A stretch of DNA of 5,357 nucleotides from Candidatus Iainarchaeum sp. Its GTDB lineage: Archaea > Iainarchaeota > Iainarchaeia > Iainarchaeales > CSSED10-239. The notes below the pieces were generated by a model. That model searched no databases, was not told the DNA's origin, and was given only the letters and a program-made list of their open reading frames with translations. How positions within the stretch are numbered: the first letter of the stretch is position 1; each line of letters begins with the position of its first letter. Shown in pieces: positions 1 to 4,968 of this stretch. The stretch is from positions 1 through 5,357 of the forward strand of contig JAQVTI010000028.1 in assembly GCA_028700115.1 (NCBI GenBank), written 5' to 3'. The position numbers and the translations under genes were made by a program.

Positions 1-47
1 TTTCAATTGTTTTTCTGTTTTTTGTTTAAGTTAAAGGAACTGATAAG

Positions 48-150
48 AAGGACTAGAGATTAAGATTAAGTGTTTTCTGTTGTTTTATTTTCTGTAGATG
101 AAACAAAAGGACTAGAGAAAGATTAAGAATTTTCTGTGGTTTTTTATTTT
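48..150. repeat. Two tandem degenerate copies (period 59 nt) of AAGGACTAGAGA..GATTAAG..TTTTCTGTKGTTTT..ATTTT
   Basis: AAGGACTAGAGA is exact at 48-59 and 107-118. It is followed in both copies by GATTAAG and TTTTCTGT(T/G)G plus a T-run (copy 1 48-91, copy 2 107-150), about 80% identical after two small indels. A weaker third copy of the T-rich part lies at 11-27. Confidence 0.7.
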
Positions 151-311
151 GAGAAATAAACTCCCAATAATGTAAATCCAACACCTATTAATCCAATTAT
201 AATTCTATATCCAAATTTTGTGATGACCGTTGAAGGTAAAAATATACAACCAACTATCGCTATAAATCCTAAAAATACTGCAACTGCAGTGCCAGTTAAA
301 TTTTGATCCAT
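144..311 (-). CDS. Small hypothetical membrane protein, 55 aa, two predicted TM helices (absent from the ORF track)
   Basis: Manual minus-strand translation: ATG 311-309, TAA 146-144, giving MDQNLTGTAVAVFLGFIAIVGCIFLPSTVITKFGYRIIIGLIGVGFTLLGVYFSK. A GGAGG (CCTCC at 319-323 on plus) sits 7 nt upstream of the ATG. There are two ~20-aa hydrophobic segments. No family recognised. Confidence 0.6.
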   Translation of the reverse strand: MDQNLTGTAVAVFLGFIAIVGCIFLPSTVITKFGYRIIIGLIGVGFTLLGVYFSK

Positions 312-323
312 TTTCTTTCCTCC

Positions 324-416
324 AATTAATTATTGTCTTATATGTATCTTGAATCAATCAATTTAAATATGTTACCTTATGTTACATATATATCAAATAT
401 GTTACATTGTGATGTT
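324..416. promoter_or_regulatory. Divergent control region between the small minus-strand ORF and the wHTH gene, with phased direct repeats
   Basis: TATGTTAC is exact at 368-375, 378-385 and 398-405 (10- and 20-bp spacing). AAATATGTTAC occurs at 365-375 and 395-405. An alternating ATATATATC lies at 386-394, about 27 nt before ATG 417, and TGTGAT lies at 408-413. Confidence 0.45.
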
Positions 417-1184
417 ATGACTGAATTATTTAAAGAATTAATTAAACCAAATAGTCTTTCTGGAAAAATATATTTCTTATTATTAGAAAAACCAAAAAGA
501 ATAACCGAAATCTCAAAAATAATCTATACAGATAAAATACAATTGACGCCCATAAATAGAATTTTGCCTAACTTAGTTAAAGAAAAGATTGTTTCAAATT
601 GTAAATCTGACGATTCTGATTTAAGAAATAAATATTATATATCTAATATGTCGCCTATAGTTCAATTTTGCGAAGAGAAGATAAACGATCGCGAAAATAA
701 TTATATAAACAAAGAAGAATTAGATACACTAAACATAATCTTATCATCTAATTGGTTTAGATCCTTTTTAAATGAAAAAAATCGCGAATATCTGTTTCAT
801 AAAGATTGGGGCAATAATACAACAATTCCCTATTTGCCTTTTGATAATATTGGCAGTATAATAGAAGACATTGGAATTGTTTCAGCAACACTTTCAAGGA
901 AAATAAAGATTAATAAAAAAGTAAATTATAATGATATTAATAAGTTAAAAGATTATGACTTATTTGTTTCTCAAAATCAAAATAAATACACTAGTTCAGA
1001 TAAACAAAAAGTTAAAGCCATAATTAATAATGCAAAATTAAAATTAGGAAACTATAAAGACACAAATTATAGACTTGACTTGATTATTTCGGACCCTAGT
1101 TTTATACTTATGCCACCAGATTTAGCATTTAAGCTTGCTAAGGTTGGACACATCCCCTTAACGTTGTTTAATGCGATACGTTAA
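417..1184 (+). CDS. Winged helix-turn-helix (ArsR/MarR/TrmB-like) putative transcription regulator with an uncharacterised ~170-aa C-terminal domain
   Basis: The maximal ORF is 333-1184 with a TTG start. I prefer ATG 417 (MTELFKELIK...) for three reasons: it has TGTGAT 3 nt upstream, codons 333-416 consist of nucleotide-level direct repeats, and they overlap the promoter/RBS space of the divergent ORF. GKIYFLLLEKPKRITEISKII...INRILPNLVKEKIV...RNKYYISN has a helix-turn-helix-wing pattern. The C-terminal part was not recognised. Confidence 0.65.
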   Translation: MTELFKELIKPNSLSGKIYFLLLEKPKRITEISKIIYTDKIQLTPINRILPNLVKEKIVSNCKSDDSDLRNKYYISNMSPIVQFCEEKINDRENNYINKEELDTLNIILSSNWFRSFLNEKNREYLFHKDWGNNTTIPYLPFDNIGSIIEDIGIVSATLSRKIKINKKVNYNDINKLKDYDLFVSQNQNKYTSSDKQKVKAIINNAKLKLGNYKDTNYRLDLIISDPSFILMPPDLAFKLAKVGHIPLTLFNAIR

Positions 1185-1284
1185 AGTTGAAATAAATCTT
1201 AATATTTAAAAATTAAAAATAAACCATTTCTCTCTATCTTCTATTAACATAAACTTATAAATTCTAATAATACCTAATAAATAT

Positions 1285-2142
1285 ATGATACACTACTTTC
1301 AATACTTGACACAATTAGATTTAATTAAAAGTATTTTAAATAAAAATAAAGAAAATTCAAGAATTGCAATAATTTTAATGGATAATTGTATAGAATTAGT
1401 GCTTACTAATTATATATCTCAGAATTGTGGAAATGAAATATTACCGTATGATTTTAGTAAAAAGTTAGAAATCGCCAAAATACATAAAATTATAGATGCG
1501 GAAATGCAAAGTGTATTTTTGTTATACCACCATTATCGTAATATATTACAACACACAGGAGACTCTAAATCAGATTATATTTATAATAATTTAGAATTTT
1601 ATTTTAATAAAATTGTAGATACAATAACTAATATAGATAACAAAAGATTTTCTTATGAAATGAGAAATAAAGAATATAAAGCTCTATTTGAAAAATATAA
1701 TTCTAAACCATATACCGACTCTTATAATTACATAAAAGATACTTTTACAAAATTAAAATTCGTTTGTGAGAAATCAGATATACGAAATAACCTTAAAAAT
1801 ATGTTAAAAGAATTAATCGATAGTTGGAACGAACAGAGTAGTATGGCTTATGGAGTCAGCAAATTCCAAAATACGTCTGAATGCCTTGTTTATTGTTTTA
1901 AAAATCATTACAAAAAAGAAAATAAAGACTATATCTCCAAATTCGAGAAATATATTAAAACTGTAGATAAAATTAATTTAGAATTTAACAAAATTGATAC
2001 AACACAGAATAGTTTTTTTAATGACGTGCTACAATTAGAAACAAAAGTTCTATTTTTACTGGATTTAACTTATCCTGCATTTTGTTATATTAATTCTCAA
2101 ATTGATATGCAAATAGATAGGATTAGATTAGGCGAAGATTAA
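1285..2142 (+). CDS. Hypothetical all-helical protein with an N-terminal HEPN-like domain (Rx4H motif RNILQH)
   Basis: 285-aa ORF with ATG and TAA. LYHHYRNILQHTG (R85..H90, nt 1537-1554) matches the HEPN R-[N]-x3-H signature and is preceded by helical segments (IILMDNCIELVLTNYI). No SD-like element. TTATAAAT lies at 1255-1262, about 27 nt upstream. The coding call is solid; the function is tentative. Confidence 0.6.
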   Translation: MIHYFQYLTQLDLIKSILNKNKENSRIAIILMDNCIELVLTNYISQNCGNEILPYDFSKKLEIAKIHKIIDAEMQSVFLLYHHYRNILQHTGDSKSDYIYNNLEFYFNKIVDTITNIDNKRFSYEMRNKEYKALFEKYNSKPYTDSYNYIKDTFTKLKFVCEKSDIRNNLKNMLKELIDSWNEQSSMAYGVSKFQNTSECLVYCFKNHYKKENKDYISKFEKYIKTVDKINLEFNKIDTTQNSFFNDVLQLETKVLFLLDLTYPAFCYINSQIDMQIDRIRLGED

Positions 2143-2199
2143 AAACAACCCCAAATTATAGTTCGCCTTCTGCAAAAATTTCAGATTTTACATATAATC

Positions 2200-2270
2200 T
2201 TTTGTAAAAACTCAACAATTTATCAAAAATCGCCAATTTTACAAAATTTGAGGGTTTTAAAATAGTTTTG
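2200..2270 (+). repeat. Intergenic direct repeat, copy A (71 nt)
   Basis: TTTTGTAAAAACTCAACAATTTATCAAAAATCGCCAATTTTACAAAATTTGAGGGTTTTAAAATAGTTTTG aligns to 3002-3073 with 6 substitutions and 1 indel (65/72). It contains a perfect 10-bp inverted repeat, TTTTGTAAAA (2200-2209) / TTTTACAAAA (2237-2246). Confidence 0.85.
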
Positions 2271-2353
2271 GAAGAATGATTATTTGGGGATTCTAAACTA
2301 TCTACTAATAATAATAAAAATATATATCAAAAAAACAAAAATGATTTAATAAT

Positions 2354-2995
2354 ATGACCTTAATAAATATTTTAATTTTAGTATTTAGTTTAATTCTGTC
2401 TATATCTTTTGTTCTAGGAATTATTTTTTTACTAATATTTTTATTTATATTATATCCGGTGCTTTTAATAAGATATAATATATTTATTAAAAAGTATATT
2501 AGTAATTATAACCCAAAAGACACCAATATAAATTCTGTTATAATAATTAATCATCTATTTAAAGACAAAAAACACAAAAATAGTATAGTGGATAAATGTA
2601 AATATATTGTTGCTTGGGGAGTTCCAGAACTATTATCTAAATTAAAAAAATACAAAAGAACAATCGCCATATATGAGAATATTTCTAGTAAAACCTTTGA
2701 ACAAATAATGGATAATAAATATATAACAGAAGTTTACATTTTTAGTCATGGTCAAAGATTTGGTGTTGGATTATCAGATAAATTCTATAGGTATAAAAAT
2801 CTATTAAAAATAACCCCCAAAATTAAAAAGAATATAATCTGTCAGTTACATTGTGGTGGGCGGCGAAAGATGAAATCAACAGATATAAGTTTGGAATCAT
2901 TTGCAAAAAAATGTAAAATACACAATAGAGATGTGCTTCTTTTTGAAAATTGTTTTTGGATTTTATTTAAATTTGACAAATTTTATAATAAATAA
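2354..2995 (+). CDS. N-terminally membrane-anchored protein with a caspase/CHAT-like (clan CD) His-Cys dyad layout; function unproven
   Basis: 213-aa ORF. Residues ~3-38 are continuously hydrophobic. The remainder alternates strand and helix: SVIIINHLF, YIVAWG, TIAIYEN, EVYIFSHGQRFGVGLSD (His132, nt 2747-2749) and KNIICQLHCGG (Cys167, nt 2852-2854). Compare the caspase motifs IIINNxNF / SHG / QACxG. Only ~45 aa follow the Cys. Confidence 0.55.
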   Translation: MTLINILILVFSLILSISFVLGIIFLLIFLFILYPVLLIRYNIFIKKYISNYNPKDTNINSVIIINHLFKDKKHKNSIVDKCKYIVAWGVPELLSKLKKYKRTIAIYENISSKTFEQIMDNKYITEVYIFSHGQRFGVGLSDKFYRYKNLLKITPKIKKNIICQLHCGGRRKMKSTDISLESFAKKCKIHNRDVLLFENCFWILFKFDKFYNK

Positions 2996-3001
2996 GCTAG
3001 T

Positions 3002-3073
3002 TTTTGTAAAAACTCAACTTTTTCTCAAAAATCGTCAATTTCACAAAATTTGAGAGGTTTTAAAATTGTTTTG
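3002..3073 (+). repeat. Intergenic direct repeat, copy B (72 nt)
   Basis: TTTTGTAAAAACTCAACTTTTTCTCAAAAATCGTCAATTTCACAAAATTTGAGAGGTTTTAAAATTGTTTTG starts 7 nt after the ORF3 stop and ends 35 nt before the mrr ATG at 3108. Confidence 0.85.
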
Positions 3074-3107
3074 TTGCAGTTATAATATATAATAAAATGT
3101 GATTAAT

Positions 3108-4013
3108 ATGATTCCAGACTTTCAAGAATTAATGCTACCGCTACTTAAATTATTAAGTGATAAAAAAGAACACAATTTCTTAGATTTAATAAATATATTA
3201 AGTGATCAATATAAACTTACAGAAGAAGAAAAAAGTGCAAAGACAAGTGCTGGATTTACAATAATTGATAATAGAGTTGGTTGGGCAAAAACTTATTTAA
3301 AAAAAGCGAAATTATTAGAATATACTAAAAGAGGGTATTCTCAAATTACTGATAGAGGATTAGAAGTACTTTCTAAAAATCTTACGAAAATAGATGTTAA
3401 ATTTTTAGAACAATATGAAGAATTTAAAGAATTTAGATATATAAAAAATACAGATCAACCTCTTTCAACTACAAACATAGCAATCAATGATTCATCTTGC
3501 CAAAGTAAAACTCCTATTGAATTAATGGAAGATGGTTATAATTCAATTAATGCAAATCTAAAGCAAGAGCTATTAGATAAACTAAGAGAATATCCACCTG
3601 CTTTCTTTGAAAAAACAATATTAAAGTTATTAGAAAAAATGGGTTATGGTAAAGGAGAAGTTACTGGTAAATCAGGAGATGGAGGAGTTGATGGTATTAT
3701 TTACCAAGATAAACTAAAACTAGAAAAAATATATTTACAAGCAAAACGTTTTGCAGAAAACAATCCAGTAACTGCACACATGGTTAGAGATTTTGTTGGA
3801 GCATTAGAAGTAAATGGAGTAAATAAAGGAGTTTTCATAACAACTTCTAAATTCCCAAGAGATTCTTTAAGTAACATAAAAAGTCAAAAATCAATAAAAC
3901 TAATAGACGGCTATGAACTAGCAGACTTGATGATAGAGCACAATCTAGGAGTATCTATTGAAAATACATTTGAAATCAAGAAAATAGATTTAGACTTCTT
4001 TGATGAAGAATAA
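3108..4013 (+). CDS. mrr: Mrr-family type IV (modification-dependent) restriction endonuclease: N-terminal winged-helix (Mrr_N-like) plus C-terminal PD-(D/E)xK Mrr_cat domain
   Basis: The track ORF begins at GTG 3099. ATG 3108 (MIPDFQELMLPLLKLL, a typical Mrr N-terminus) has TGTGAT 4 nt upstream. The C-terminal FFEKTILKLLEKMGYG..TGKSGDGGVDGIIYQDKLKLEKIYLQAKRF...VRDFVGAL...KGVFITTSKF...IKLIDGYELADLMIEHNLGV is the canonical Mrr catalytic core (nt ~3678-3746). Confidence 0.9.
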   Translation: MIPDFQELMLPLLKLLSDKKEHNFLDLINILSDQYKLTEEEKSAKTSAGFTIIDNRVGWAKTYLKKAKLLEYTKRGYSQITDRGLEVLSKNLTKIDVKFLEQYEEFKEFRYIKNTDQPLSTTNIAINDSSCQSKTPIELMEDGYNSINANLKQELLDKLREYPPAFFEKTILKLLEKMGYGKGEVTGKSGDGGVDGIIYQDKLKLEKIYLQAKRFAENNPVTAHMVRDFVGALEVNGVNKGVFITTSKFPRDSLSNIKSQKSIKLIDGYELADLMIEHNLGVSIENTFEIKKIDLDFFDEE

Positions 4014-4015
4014 AT

Positions 4016-4525
4016 TTAGAATAAATCTTCCACTTTTAGATTTTTTCTGATTCTTTTAAATTCTGCATCTCCAGCATACATAAATATCAAAAGGAATATA
4101 CTAAGAACTACTAATACAAAAAATAAATAAGTAAGAATAGTAATCCACATATCTAATTTTAAAGTTGTATTAATAAATTCAAATGCTAATGTAAATATAG
4201 GACTTAAAGCTAATGAAATATAAAGAAAAATTAAGGTTTTCTTTTTCAACCAATTATTTTCTGCAGAATAATTACCATATAAATATGCTTTTATTTCTAA
4301 TAATCTTAGATTTAGTTTATTCTTTAGATCATCATCTATATTTCTTAAAGTTATAAAATATTCAAACTGAAATTTATACAATTCTACAATTGTGGGATAA
4401 TCTTTAACATTTGAAAGATTTAATCTAAACATATCATATTTCTGAATAGCCGGCAAAATTTCAGTAGTTAATTTTTCAGAATCATACTTTTGCATTTTTT
4501 CTAAATCATTAAAATTTACATTCAT
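4016..4525 (-). CDS. Hypothetical protein: ~95-aa helical N-terminal domain plus two C-terminal TM helices
   Basis: 169-aa ORF with ATG 4525-4523 and TGTGAT 3 nt upstream. Hydrophobic segments are TLIFLYISLALSPIFTLAFEFI and MWITILTYLFFVLVVLSIFLLIFMY. Its stop (4016-4018) lies 2 nt from the mrr stop (4011-4013). Confidence 0.7.
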   Translation of the reverse strand: MNVNFNDLEKMQKYDSEKLTTEILPAIQKYDMFRLNLSNVKDYPTIVELYKFQFEYFITLRNIDDDLKNKLNLRLLEIKAYLYGNYSAENNWLKKKTLIFLYISLALSPIFTLAFEFINTTLKLDMWITILTYLFFVLVVLSIFLLIFMYAGDAEFKRIRKNLKVEDLF

Positions 4526-4818
4526 TCAATCACAATTTCCTTTTTCCCATCTTTAATCCCATTAAAGATAAGATTATACTCATTTTCACTTAATTCAACC
4601 AAATTTTGATATTTATTATCTTCTTTAAGTAAAGTAAACTTATCTTGTAATTGTTTAGCAATTAATCCTTTTAGAGATAATAATACTGGTTTTAATTTAA
4701 CTTGATAAGGATATTTCTTTTTCCAATTATTAAATTCATCATTAACTAGTTTTTCTGCTTCAAATATTCCAAAGACTATCCCTTGTCCAAAATAAACAAC
4801 AATATCTCCTATAGATAT
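4522..4818 (-). pseudogene. Start-less 98-codon open frame, probably the 3' remnant of a gene (tentatively PUA-like/EVE-like beta-barrel protein)
   Basis: Manual translation: ISIGDIVVYFGQGIVFGIFEAEKLVNDEFNNWKKKYPYQVKLKPVLLSLKGLIAKQLQDKFTLLKEDNKYQNLVELSENEYNLIFNGIKDGKKEIVIE, stop TGA at 4524-4522. An in-frame TAA (4821-4819) lies immediately upstream. There is no in-frame ATG, and the only in-frame GTG/TTG codons are a few to ~30 codons before the stop. No N-terminal continuation exists in any frame further upstream. ATGA overlap with the next gene. Confidence 0.45.
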
Positions 4819-4846
4819 TTACTTCTTTTCCTATAAACTTTAAATA

Positions 4847-4968
4847 AAACCTTTAAAGTGGCTATTTTAAACTCTTTTCTTATACAATCATTTACTTTAA
4901 GAAAAAGATTATTTTTAAATCATCTGTGGTTAAATTTTTAATATTATAAGCCACTTTAAACCTTTAAG
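4847..4968. repeat. 12-bp perfect inverted repeat with an 85-nt spacer, inside ORF-free DNA
   Basis: TTTAAAGTGGCT (4852-4863) and AGCCACTTTAAA (4949-4960) are exact reverse complements. AACCTTTAA(A)G also occurs as a direct repeat at 4848-4858 and 4959-4968. Confidence 0.6.

Noticed and set aside
1-63. Frame +1 open from the window edge to TAA 61-63 (..FQLFFCFLFKLKELIRRTRD), possibly the 3' end of an upstream gene
   Set aside because: Only 20 codons are visible and they overlap the repeat family, so this cannot be distinguished from chance.
132-142. Archaeal origin-recognition-box (ORB-like) reading of TTCTGTGGTTT, with the AT-rich tail as a replication origin
   Set aside because: The resemblance to TTCCAGTGGAAA-type mini-ORBs is weak, the copies are direct rather than inverted around an unwinding element, and no orc1/cdc6 gene is in the window.
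1-150. Possible CRISPR array from the repeated AAGGACTAGAGA / TTTTCTGT units
   Set aside because: There are only two to three copies, they are degenerate with indels, no constant-length unique spacers separate them, and no cas genes are present.
333-416. The N-terminal 28 codons of the track ORF (TTG start), and the GTG-3099 extension of mrr
   Set aside because: The upstream codons are built from nucleotide direct repeats and promoter/RBS space of the divergent gene. The downstream ATGs have a shared TGTGAT signal and give N-termini typical for their families.
686-790. Recurrent CpG-containing strings: ATCGCGAA at 689 and 781; (A)ATCGCCA(A) at 1470, 2228 and 2662
   Set aside because: The copies in ORF1-ORF3 are in-frame Arg-Glu or Ile-Ala codon pairs. 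By manual count, the share of CG dinucleotides preceded by AT is not clearly above the composition expectation. No palindromic or phased arrangement was seen.
2143-2265. In-frame open extensions after the TAA stops of ORF2 (40 codons, 2143-2262) and ORF3 (27 codons, 2996-3076). Both run through the 71-nt repeat in the same frame (FCKNST...QNLR), suggesting read-through or a conserved peptide.
   Set aside because: Of the repeat differences, only two are synonymous (one via the indel base), four are non-synonymous, and the indel shifts the frame, so there is no coding constraint. Two of the three repeat frames are largely open anyway, and the stop-free length is only marginally unusual. Worth a glance in Ribo-seq data but not supported.
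2855-2866. Local GC-rich patch GGTGGGCGGCGA in otherwise AT-rich DNA
   Set aside because: It simply encodes GGRR immediately after the candidate catalytic Cys of ORF3, and there is no repeat or structure partner.
2200-3073. Integron attC sites / gene cassette array
   Set aside because: ACTCAAC fits RYYYAAC, but no GTTRRRY partner or clear paired L/R boxes are present, no intI-like integrase is in the window, and only two copies exist. Kept only as an alternative within the repeat finding.
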